DNA of 32,000 bases. It comes from Halomicrobium mukohataei DSM 12286 (GTDB taxonomy: Archaea; Halobacteriota; Halobacteria; Halobacteriales; Haloarculaceae). The position numbers were made by a program, and so were the translations under genes. Under the pieces are notes generated by a model. It ran no database searches. It saw nothing but the letters and a program-made list of their open reading frames with translations, and was not told the origin of the DNA. Below, piece by piece: positions 1 through 7,852 of the stretch; the first letter of the stretch is position 1; the number at the start of each line of letters is the position of its first letter. Location: assembly GCF_000023965.1 (NCBI RefSeq), contig NC_013202.1, positions 630,001 to 662,000 of the forward strand, written 5' to 3'.

Positions 1-175
1 CGAGGAGGAACAGCTCCTGTCCGCCGAGTCCACCGAACATGAGGGCGGGGTAGACCAGCGGGAGCGCCACAGCGGTCCAGAACGCCGTCGCTTCGACGGG
101 ACGGAAGGCGAGCGTTCGGATGGACTGTGCGTCGAGGGCGACCGTGTCGGAGTCGAAGGGCGGTGCGATGGACAT
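1..175 (-). CDS. small membrane protein, 3' end cut by window edge; paralog of 358..612
   Basis: ATG at 175-173 (minus strand) translates to MSIAPPFDSDTVALDAQSIRTLAFRPVEATAFWTAVALPLVYPALMF... It shares the AFWxAVxLPxVYxPLxF block with the neighbouring 84-aa ORF. An in-frame ATG at 217 with a TAAATT box about 27 nt upstream is an alternative start. Confidence 0.45.
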   Translation of the reverse strand, partial: MSIAPPFDSDTVALDAQSIRTLAFRPVEATAFWTAVALPLVYPALMFGGLGGQELFLL

Positions 176-276
176 TGGAGCGTTCTCCTCGCTCGTCGCT
201 ATGTCCGACACCAGCATATAATGGGCCGACGGTTGGGTAGAATTTAGCTCGTTTCAGCGGAGGTAGTCGGTATTTT

Positions 277-294
277 ACACCGCCGCGGCGGTGT
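277..294. repeat. perfect 18-bp palindrome ACACCGCCGCGGCGGTGT between the two small paralogous genes
   Basis: Read directly: the sequence equals its own reverse complement and has T-runs on both sides on the + strand. Function unknown. Confidence 0.9.
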
Positions 295-357
295 TTCACG
301 CGTTTCGAGACCGGTCGAGAGCGCCGGAGAAAATTTATCGGCGCTGTTAACACTGTA

Positions 358-612
358 TCAGCCGTTCGGGTCGTAGCCACTGCCGGCGAGGACCGTGAGC
401 ACGTGCGCGACGAGCAGCGCCGACACGGCGAGAGTGGGCCAGTGACCGTCGACGAACAGGAGCGGAACGTAGACCACTGGCAGGACGACGGCCAGCCAGA
501 ACGCCAGTCGGCGAGCGATCAGGACGGAGCTACGCAGGACCGTCCGCACCCGACAGACGAGCGCGGGTGCGCGGTCGACCCCACGCCGCTCGGTGGTTTC
601 GGGTTCCGACAT
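358..612 (-). CDS. small two-helix membrane protein (84 aa), hypothetical
   Basis: ORF track 358..612. It has two hydrophobic helices. A GTTAAATG TATA-like box lies about 33 nt upstream (plus 643-650). It is a paralog of the partial ORF at 1..175. Confidence 0.6.
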   Translation of the reverse strand: MSEPETTERRGVDRAPALVCRVRTVLRSSVLIARRLAFWLAVVLPVVYVPLLFVDGHWPTLAVSALLVAHVLTVLAGSGYDPNG

Positions 613-752
613 CGTGGACGATCACATATTGTCTGTCCAACCATTTAACAGTGAGGTGTGATAGCAATAGACATGCAAAAGTGATCGACGCCGTCAGGAG
701 TTGGGAAGTAAATTGCAGTGGCCGAACCAGTGTCGGGCCACCAGACGACCGA

Positions 753-829
753 TACTGCCGGCGACGACTTCGTGAGGAGAGTCGCCGCCCCCGAGGCGGC
801 GAGGCCGTTCACGCCGACAGCCGGTAGTG
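753..829 (-). mobile_element. degenerate MITE copy C, reverse orientation, upstream of the HAD gene
   Basis: TACTGCCGGC (753-762) and ACAGCCGGTAGT (817-828) match both MITE termini at the correct spacing (77 vs 78 nt). The internal CTTCGT block (768-773) is kept. The central hairpin is kept as TCGCCGCC/GGCGGCGA (782-789/795-802). My hand alignment gives roughly three quarters identity. Confidence 0.6.
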
Positions 830-887
830 GGACGGACACGCAGGCGCGAACGCTACGCATTTGTCACTGCGAGAGAACCAGACGAGC

Positions 888-1532
888 ATGGACGCCGCGT
901 GTTTCGACATGGACGGAGTGCTGGTGAACTCGGAGGACTACTGGATCGAACTGGAGCGCGAGGAGATCCTGCCGACGGCGGTCCCCGACCAGGAGGTGCC
1001 GGTCGAGGAAGTGACCGGGATCTTCTACGAGGAGCAGTACGACGTGCTCGACGAGAGCTACGACCTGGCCGTCGACTACGAGGCGTTCGTCTCGCTGTAC
1101 GAGGGAGCGGCCGACGAAATCTACGGCGACCAGGTCGAACTCACGCCCGGCGTGCGAGCGCTGCTGACGGAGCTGCGCGAGGCCGGCGTGCCCGTCGCCA
1201 TGGTGACGGCCTCGCCGCCCGAGTGGTACGAGATCGTCCTCGAACGGTTCGACCTCGGGGAGCTGTTCGACACCGTCGTCAGCTCCGCGGACCTCGACGG
1301 CCCCGGGAAGCCCGAGCCGACGATCTACGAGCGCGCCGCCGCCGAGCTGGGCGTCGATCCAGCGACCGCGCTGGCCGTCGAGGACTCCCACCACGGGACG
1401 ACCGCGGCCCACCGTGCGGGGATGACCGTCGTCAGCTTCGGCGTCGGTGCGGCCGCAGGTGCGACCGAGAACGCCGACCTCGTCGCCGAAACGCCCGCGG
1501 AGATGGCCGAGATCGTCCGATCTCGACTCTGA
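888..1532 (+). CDS. HAD-superfamily hydrolase (subfamily IA, phosphatase/beta-phosphoglucomutase-like)
   Basis: HAD motifs are present: FDMDGVLV (motif I), VTASP (II), GKPEP (III) and EDSHHG (IV). ATG 888 is preferred over the TTG at 861. A CATTTG box lies about 28 nt upstream of 888. Confidence 0.85.
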   Translation: MDAACFDMDGVLVNSEDYWIELEREEILPTAVPDQEVPVEEVTGIFYEEQYDVLDESYDLAVDYEAFVSLYEGAADEIYGDQVELTPGVRALLTELREAGVPVAMVTASPPEWYEIVLERFDLGELFDTVVSSADLDGPGKPEPTIYERAAAELGVDPATALAVEDSHHGTTAAHRAGMTVVSFGVGAAAGATENADLVAETPAEMAEIVRSRL

Positions 1533-1535
1533 GCG

Positions 1536-3959
1536 TCATCGTTCGACACTGACGGTCCGAGATTCCCTGACCGGCGGGATCGGCAACTCGGGGAAGGTGA
1601 CCTCGATCGCGAAGGTGAGTTCGTCGGCGTCACCGCCGAACGCGGCGACCGGGACCGTCGCCTGACCGAGGTACGACGGTTTGGTGGTCATCTCGTGGCC
1701 GTTGACAGTCACGCGGATGCCGGCGCGGGCGCTGCCGGCGACCGAGCGGACCGTCACCTCGTGGAGTTCGCGCTCCCCGGCCGCGATCTGGTCCGGGAAC
1801 TCGCCCCACTCGACGACGACGTTTGGCAGGTCGGTCGCGTTGTCGCGGACGCGCTCGGCGACGCTCTCGGAGAGCCCGGCCGCGACGAGTCCGGCGACGC
1901 CAGCGTCGACGACATCCGCAGGGGTGCGAAAGCCCTCGGCGGCGAGCGTGCGCGCCCGCCCGGGGCCGACCCCGTCGATCGCCGTGAGGCCCGCCGCGTC
2001 CGCGCTGACGCCGTTCTCGACGCGCGCCTCGACGCGGCGTGCGAGGTTCGCGCCGCGAGCGCCGGCAAAGCGGTCGAGGAAGGCCCGCAGCGCGGCGAGC
2101 ATGCGGAGCGCGTTCTGCTTGATCACCCAGGCGTCGCTCTGGAGCTCTGACGGCGTCGTTCCGGACATCGAGGAGCGGAGGATCGCGAGCACCTTCCGCT
2201 GGCCGGCGGTCAGCTCCTCGCCGCGAGAGCCGATCACCGCCGCGACGGCGTCTTCCTCGTCGCTGCGGGCGCTGACGCTGTCGAACTCCGTCGCACCGGC
2301 GACCGTCGAGAGGATCGCGTCCTCGTCGAAGCCGTCCGGGTCGGTCGCCGCCCGGTCGGCGCAGTCCTTGAACCGACGGGCCGTCGCCAGCCGGAGGTAG
2401 AACTTCGAGGCCAGTCGACCGAGCGGGGTCCCCTCGACCGAGAGGTCGTCCATCTCGACGAAGCCGTCGGCGACGAGGTCTCCGAGCGTGTCCGAGACCC
2501 GCTCGCGGAGGTCGGTGCCGGCGGTGTACCGCTCGGGAGCGCGCTGGGCGCGCCGGTAGTAGAACGTGGTTTCGAGCCAGTCCATCACGTCCTCGATGTC
2601 GCCCAGCGTCCCCAGCGCGATCTCGGCGTTGAGGTGTGCGTCGAGGTCGTCGGCGAGTCTGGACTCGATCTCCTTGCCCTCCCGCAGGAGAGTGCGGTAC
2701 TTGTCGGCGTCGGCCCGATCACAGACGATCCAGGCGTAGCCCATGTCGTCGTACCCCGGCCGACCCGCGCGCCCGAGCATCTGGAGCACGTCCAGCGGAC
2801 TCATGTCGACCTCGCCCTCCAGGGGGTCGTGGAGCTTCGTGTCTCGAATGACGACACAGCGGGCCGGGAGGTTCACGCCCCAGGCGAGCGTCGAGGTCGA
2901 GAACAGCAGCTGGATGAGCCCCCGTTTGAACCACTCCTCGACGCGGTCCTTGTCCTCGCGCGAGAGACCGGCGTGGTGGAAGCCGACGCCGTCCAGCACC
3001 GACTGCCGGAGCGTGTCGTTGTCGAGTTCGGCGGCTTCGGTGTGGAAATCGTACTCCCCGCGAGCCCCCATTGGCACGTCGCGCTCGACGATCTCGTCGC
3101 GGGCCTTCTTCGCGGCCTGGACGGTGTCCTGTCGAGAGGAGACGAACACGAGGGCCTGGCCCTCCTCGCGAATGTGTGGCTCGGCCAGATCCAGCGCCCG
3201 GTAGAGCCGCCGGTACTTGTCGGCGAAGGCGTTCTCGCCGTGGCTGTAGGTCTTCACGTCCGCGTTGAGTGGAACGGGTCGGTAGTCGTCGCCGAACTGG
3301 AACGTGGTCGCATCGGGCGCGTCGAGCCACGCCGCCACGTCGTCGACGTTCTCCATCGTCGCCGACAGCGCGACGACGCGGGGATCACACAGTCGACGGA
3401 GCCGCGAGATAGTCACCTCGAGTACCGATCCACGTCGGTCCGAGTCCAGCAGGTGGACCTCGTCGATGATACAGCAGTCGACATCGGTGATAAAGCCGTA
3501 GCGCCGCGAGTCGTGCTTGCGGGTGGCCGAATCGGCCTTCTCGGGGGTCATCACCAGCACGTCGGCCCGCTCGGCGCGTCGGGGGTTGAGGTCGCGCTCG
3601 CCGGTGACGACGTACACGGAATACCCCAGGTCCTCGAAGCGCTCCCACTCGCTCTCTTTCTCGTTCGTCAGCGCTCGCAGCGGGGCCAGAAAGAGCGCGG
3701 TCCCGCCCGCCTGCAGGGTCTTGCAGATCGCGATCTCGGCCAGCGCGGTCTTGCCACTCGCCGTCGGCGCACTGACGACGACGTTGTCGTCGCGATTCAG
3801 GAGCGCCGGGAGCGTCTCCGACTGCATCCGGTTGAACTCCTCGAACGGAAAGGCGTCGGCGAACTCGGGGAGCACGTCCGCGACCGCGACGGCTGGCTCC
3901 CCGTCGGCGCTCGGTGACACGTCAGATGGCGGGGGCCGTGTGCTCAAAGGCGTTTCCAT
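1536..3959 (-). CDS. Ski2-like superfamily-2 DEAD/DEAH-box helicase (807 aa)
   Basis: Motifs seen: Walker A SAPTASGKT, DEVH box IIDEVHLL, SAT, and motif VI QMLGRAGRPG. There is a long helical C-terminal region. It is distinct from the Hel308 ortholog at 25871. Confidence 0.9.
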   Translation of the reverse strand: METPLSTRPPPSDVSPSADGEPAVAVADVLPEFADAFPFEEFNRMQSETLPALLNRDDNVVVSAPTASGKTALAEIAICKTLQAGGTALFLAPLRALTNEKESEWERFEDLGYSVYVVTGERDLNPRRAERADVLVMTPEKADSATRKHDSRRYGFITDVDCCIIDEVHLLDSDRRGSVLEVTISRLRRLCDPRVVALSATMENVDDVAAWLDAPDATTFQFGDDYRPVPLNADVKTYSHGENAFADKYRRLYRALDLAEPHIREEGQALVFVSSRQDTVQAAKKARDEIVERDVPMGARGEYDFHTEAAELDNDTLRQSVLDGVGFHHAGLSREDKDRVEEWFKRGLIQLLFSTSTLAWGVNLPARCVVIRDTKLHDPLEGEVDMSPLDVLQMLGRAGRPGYDDMGYAWIVCDRADADKYRTLLREGKEIESRLADDLDAHLNAEIALGTLGDIEDVMDWLETTFYYRRAQRAPERYTAGTDLRERVSDTLGDLVADGFVEMDDLSVEGTPLGRLASKFYLRLATARRFKDCADRAATDPDGFDEDAILSTVAGATEFDSVSARSDEEDAVAAVIGSRGEELTAGQRKVLAILRSSMSGTTPSELQSDAWVIKQNALRMLAALRAFLDRFAGARGANLARRVEARVENGVSADAAGLTAIDGVGPGRARTLAAEGFRTPADVVDAGVAGLVAAGLSESVAERVRDNATDLPNVVVEWGEFPDQIAAGERELHEVTVRSVAGSARAGIRVTVNGHEMTTKPSYLGQATVPVAAFGGDADELTFAIEVTFPELPIPPVRESRTVSVER

Positions 3960-4064
3960 ACTCGTGATCGCGGTGACCCACTCGGTCCCCGGTCGGTACC
4001 CGAGAGCGACGCGAGTGGACGGTCGTTCCGTACGTTTTTGCCCGCCCGTGCCTAATCTCCGTCA

Positions 4065-4991
4065 ATGAGTCGCGCCCGCAAGCCCGACTGGCTCAAGAGC
4101 CGGCCGCCGTCGGGACGGCGTTTCACGGAGATCAAACAGTCGTTGCGCGAGCGGGACCTCCACACGGTCTGTGAGGAGGCCAACTGTCCGAACATGGGCG
4201 AGTGCTGGAGTGGCGAGGACGGGCCGGGGACGGCGACGTTCATGCTGATGGGCGATCGCTGTTCGCGCGGGTGTAACTTCTGTGACGTGGAGACCGGCGG
4301 GATGGAGCCGCTCGATCCCGACGAGCCCGAAAACGTCGCCGACGCGGTCGCGGACATCGGGCTGGACTACGTCGTGCTCACGAGCGTCGACCGCGACGAC
4401 CTGCCCGACCAGGGCGCGGGCCACTTCGCCGAGACGATCCGGGCGATCAAAGAGCGTGACCCGTCGATTCTCGTCGAGTGTCTGATTCCGGACTTCCGGG
4501 GCGAGGAGCGGCTCGTCGAGCAGATAATCGACGCCGGCCCGGACGTGATCGCTCACAACGTCGAGACCGTCCAGCGCCTCCAGTGGCCAGTGCGAGACCG
4601 CCGGGCCGGCTACGAGCAGTCGCTGTCGGTGCTCGGCCAGGTCGACCGGGAGTCGGACATCTACACGAAGACGAGCCTGATGCTCGGCGTCGGCGAGTAC
4701 GCCCACGAGATCTACCAGACGCTCTCGGACCTGCGGGAAGTGGGGGTCGACGTGGTGACGCTGGGCCAGTACCTCCAGCCCTCCCGCTCGCACCTGGAGG
4801 TCTCGGAGTACGTCCACCCCGATGCCTTCGACACCTGGCGACGGGTCGCCGAGGAGGAACTGGGGTTTGCCTACTGCGCCTCGGGACCGATGGTCCGCTC
4901 GTCCTATCGCGCCGGTGAGCTGTTCGTCGAAGCGGTGCTCGCGGGCAACGACCCCGCGATCGCACGGCGGCGAGCACGGGCCGAGGAGTGA
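4065..4991 (+). CDS. lipA: lipoyl synthase
   Basis: N-terminal auxiliary cluster [13 protein letters not shown] and radical-SAM [10 protein letters not shown]. 308 aa. It lies upstream of a lipoate-dependent dehydrogenase operon. Confidence 0.95.
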   Translation: MSRARKPDWLKSRPPSGRRFTEIKQSLRERDLHTVCEEANCPNMGECWSGEDGPGTATFMLMGDRCSRGCNFCDVETGGMEPLDPDEPENVADAVADIGLDYVVLTSVDRDDLPDQGAGHFAETIRAIKERDPSILVECLIPDFRGEERLVEQIIDAGPDVIAHNVETVQRLQWPVRDRRAGYEQSLSVLGQVDRESDIYTKTSLMLGVGEYAHEIYQTLSDLREVGVDVVTLGQYLQPSRSHLEVSEYVHPDAFDTWRRVAEEELGFAYCASGPMVRSSYRAGELFVEAVLAGNDPAIARRRARAEE

Positions 4992-5049
4992 GCCCGCCGA
5001 ACCGGCCGAGTGACAGCGCTACTATACGTGCGGAGCCGGAGGGTCCCGT

Positions 5050-5631
5050 ATGAGAGTGCCACCCGTTCGTCGTGACCGCCGCGTCGTCCGAACGGACGGC
5101 GGCGAGGACCGCCCGGAGTCCGAACAGACCGACGCCGCCACAGTCGAGACGGTCCTGCGCGAGGCGAACGTCCTCGAACCGACGGCCGACGGCACCGACC
5201 TCCGGCTCGCCGAAGGGTTCGCCGAGGCCTGGCACGAGCGGATGGACCAGATGCGCGGGGGCGACCGGGCGCTGCGCTGGCTGGCAGCCAGCGAGGGGCT
5301 CGACGCAGACGCCCTCGACGTGACCGAGGCGGACGATCGGTACGTCGTCGCGCACGGAGACGAAACGGTGGGCGCGTGGCACTCCAGAGCGGGGTTTCTC
5401 GCCGCGATCGTCGCCGAACCGACGATCAGAGAGTGGGTCGACGAGGCCCGACTGGCACGGCTCCCGGACGCGCCCCGCGAAGAGCTGGCAGCGCGACTCG
5501 TCATGTGTCTCGAACGGTGTCCGACGTGTGACTCGGCGCTCGCCTTCGAAGACCGCCGCGACGGCGAGAGCGGCGTCGCACTCCGGTGTCGCGGCTGTGG
5601 GGCGACAGTCGCGGTCAGTTCGATCGCGTGA
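5050..5631 (+). CDS. hypothetical protein with C-terminal zinc-ribbon (CPTCDS...CRGCG)
   Basis: 193-aa ORF with acidic composition and high GC3. A TATAC box lies about 25 nt upstream. No family recognised. Confidence 0.55.
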   Translation: MRVPPVRRDRRVVRTDGGEDRPESEQTDAATVETVLREANVLEPTADGTDLRLAEGFAEAWHERMDQMRGGDRALRWLAASEGLDADALDVTEADDRYVVAHGDETVGAWHSRAGFLAAIVAEPTIREWVDEARLARLPDAPREELAARLVMCLERCPTCDSALAFEDRRDGESGVALRCRGCGATVAVSSIA

Positions 5632-5753
5632 GGGAGCACGCCGTGATAGTACCCACGTAGGAATTACCTTCGATAATACCACCGAGAGAGATATTCGTCC
5701 GCACAAACCATAAGCCGACCCCGCGACAACGTGTATCGTATGTCACACGGAAG

Positions 5754-6869
5754 GTGGTCCCACTGAGCGTCCTCCACCGCGACCCGACAGACCAGGTACA
5801 GGTACTCGACGAGAACGGCGAGGTGCGGGACGGCGCGACGGTTCCCGACCTCGCGGACGAGGAACTCGTCGCGATCTACCGCGAGATGAAGCTGGCTCGT
5901 CACTTCGACCAGCGGGCGGTGAGCCTCCAGCGACAGGGTCGGATGGGGACGTACCCGCCGATGGCCGGCCAGGAGGGCGCACAGGTCGCGAGCGCCCACG
6001 CGCTGTCCGACGGTGACTGGGTGTTTCCGAGCTACCGGGAACACGCCGCGCTGCACGCACACGGGTGGCCACTCGACCAGATCCTCCTGTACTGGATGGG
6101 GTCGGAGGCCGGTAGCGACCCGCCGGACGGCGTCGCCGCGTTCACGCTGGCCGTCCCGATCGCGACGCAGATCCCCCACGCAACGGGCGCGTCGTGGGCC
6201 GCAAAGCTACGGGGGCAAGACGAAGTCCACCTGGCGTACTTCGGCGACGGCGCGACCAGCGAGGGAGACTTCCACGAGGGACTGAACTTCGCTGGCGTGT
6301 TCGACACCCCGACGGTGTTTTTCTGTAACAACAACCAGTGGGCCATCTCGGTCCCCCGAGAGCGCCAGACCGCCAGCGCGACGCTGGCCCAGAAGGCCAG
6401 CGCCTACGGCTTCGAGGGAATCCAGGTCGACGGGATGGACCCGCTGGCCGTCTATCAGGTCACCAGCGAAGCCGTCGAGAAGGCCCGGGACCCGGCCGGC
6501 GAGGACCCGCGCCCGACCATGATCGAGGCGGTCCAGTACCGCTTTGGCGCACACACGACCGCCGACGATCCCTCCGTCTACCGGAGCGACGAGGAAGTCG
6601 AGCGCTGGCGGCGCAAAGATCCGATCCCGCGCATGGAGGCGTTCCTGCGGGATCGCGGACTCCTCGACGACGAGTCCGTCGAGGCCATCGAGTCGTCGAT
6701 CGCCGACGAAGTCGCCGACGCCATCGAGACGGCCGAGAGCTACGAGCGGCCAGCGCCCGAGGAGATGTTCGCACACGTCTACGCCGAGATGCCACAGCGG
6801 CTGCGAGACCAACTCGACTACCTCGAAGCGCTGCGCGAGCGCCACGGCGACGAGGTGTTGCTGGAATGA
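5754..6869 (+). CDS. 2-oxoacid dehydrogenase E1 component, alpha subunit (TPP-dependent)
   Basis: TPP-binding region [21 protein letters not shown]...[14 protein letters not shown] start as in the ORF track. The stop overlaps the E1beta ATG (ATGA). Confidence 0.9.
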   Translation: MVPLSVLHRDPTDQVQVLDENGEVRDGATVPDLADEELVAIYREMKLARHFDQRAVSLQRQGRMGTYPPMAGQEGAQVASAHALSDGDWVFPSYREHAALHAHGWPLDQILLYWMGSEAGSDPPDGVAAFTLAVPIATQIPHATGASWAAKLRGQDEVHLAYFGDGATSEGDFHEGLNFAGVFDTPTVFFCNNNQWAISVPRERQTASATLAQKASAYGFEGIQVDGMDPLAVYQVTSEAVEKARDPAGEDPRPTMIEAVQYRFGAHTTADDPSVYRSDEEVERWRRKDPIPRMEAFLRDRGLLDDESVEAIESSIADEVADAIETAESYERPAPEEMFAHVYAEMPQRLRDQLDYLEALRERHGDEVLLE

Positions 6870-7849
6870 GCACCGACACGCAGGACCTGACCCTCGTCCA
6901 GTCGGTCCGGGACGGACTCTACGGCGAGATGGACCGCGACGAGGACGTGCTCGTGCTGGGCGAGGACGTGGGCGAGAACGGCGGCGTCTTCCGGGCCACA
7001 CAGGGCCTGATCGAGGAGTTCCCCGACCGCGTGATCGACACGCCGCTGGCCGAGGCCGGCATCGTCGGCACCGCCATCGGAATGGCCGCCCACGGCCTGC
7101 GCCCGGTCCCGGAGATGCAGTTCTCCGGGTTCATGTACCCGGCCTTCGACCAGTTGGTGTCTCACGCCGCGCGACTGCGAACTCGCAGCCGCGGGCGCTT
7201 CACCTGTCCGATGGTCGTCCGCGCGCCCTACGGCGGCGGCATCCGCGCGCCCGAGCACCACTCCGAGTCGAAGGAGGCCTTCTACGCTCACGAACCCGGC
7301 CTGAAGGTCGTCGTCCCCTCGACACCCGCCGACGCCAAGGGGCTGCTCGCGGCGTCGATCCGCGATCCCGACCCCGTCGTCTTCCTCGAACCGAAGCTGA
7401 TCTACCGGGCCTTCCGCGAGCCCGTCGACGCCGAGTCCTACACCGTCCCGCTTGGCGAGGCCGCCGTCCGCCGAGAAGGGTCGGACGTGACCGTCGTGAC
7501 CTGGGGCGCGATGACGCGCCCGACCGTCGAGGCGGCCGAGGAACTCGCGCCGGAGATCGACGCCGAGGTGATCGATCTGCGGACCCTCTCGCCGATGGAC
7601 ACGGACACCGTCGTCGAGAGCTTCAAGCGGACCGGTCGGGCCGTCGTCGTCCACGAGGCCCCCAAGACGGGCGGGCTGGCCGGCGAGGTGGTCGCGACGA
7701 TCCAGGAGGAGGCGCTGCTCTACCAGGAGGCCCCCATCCAGCGCGTGACCGGCTTCGACACGCCGTTCCCGCTGTACGCCCTGGAGGACTACTACCTCCC
7801 CGAATCCGCCCGGATCAAAGACGGTATCACAGACGCCTGTGAGTTCTAA
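6866..7849 (+). CDS. 2-oxoacid dehydrogenase E1 component, beta subunit
   Basis: Starts [18 protein letters not shown]...[18 protein letters not shown]. The ATG at 6866 overlaps the E1alpha stop. The longer ORF-track version (6338) is upstream read-through in this frame. Confidence 0.9.
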   Translation: MSTDTQDLTLVQSVRDGLYGEMDRDEDVLVLGEDVGENGGVFRATQGLIEEFPDRVIDTPLAEAGIVGTAIGMAAHGLRPVPEMQFSGFMYPAFDQLVSHAARLRTRSRGRFTCPMVVRAPYGGGIRAPEHHSESKEAFYAHEPGLKVVVPSTPADAKGLLAASIRDPDPVVFLEPKLIYRAFREPVDAESYTVPLGEAAVRREGSDVTVVTWGAMTRPTVEAAEELAPEIDAEVIDLRTLSPMDTDTVVESFKRTGRAVVVHEAPKTGGLAGEVVATIQEEALLYQEAPIQRVTGFDTPFPLYALEDYYLPESARIKDGITDACEF

Positions 7850-7852
7850 TTC

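Noticed and set aside
6100-6120. GCCGGTAGC in E1alpha resembles an inverted MITE end.
   Set aside because: The match is only 8 nt, it lies inside conserved coding sequence, and there is no second end.
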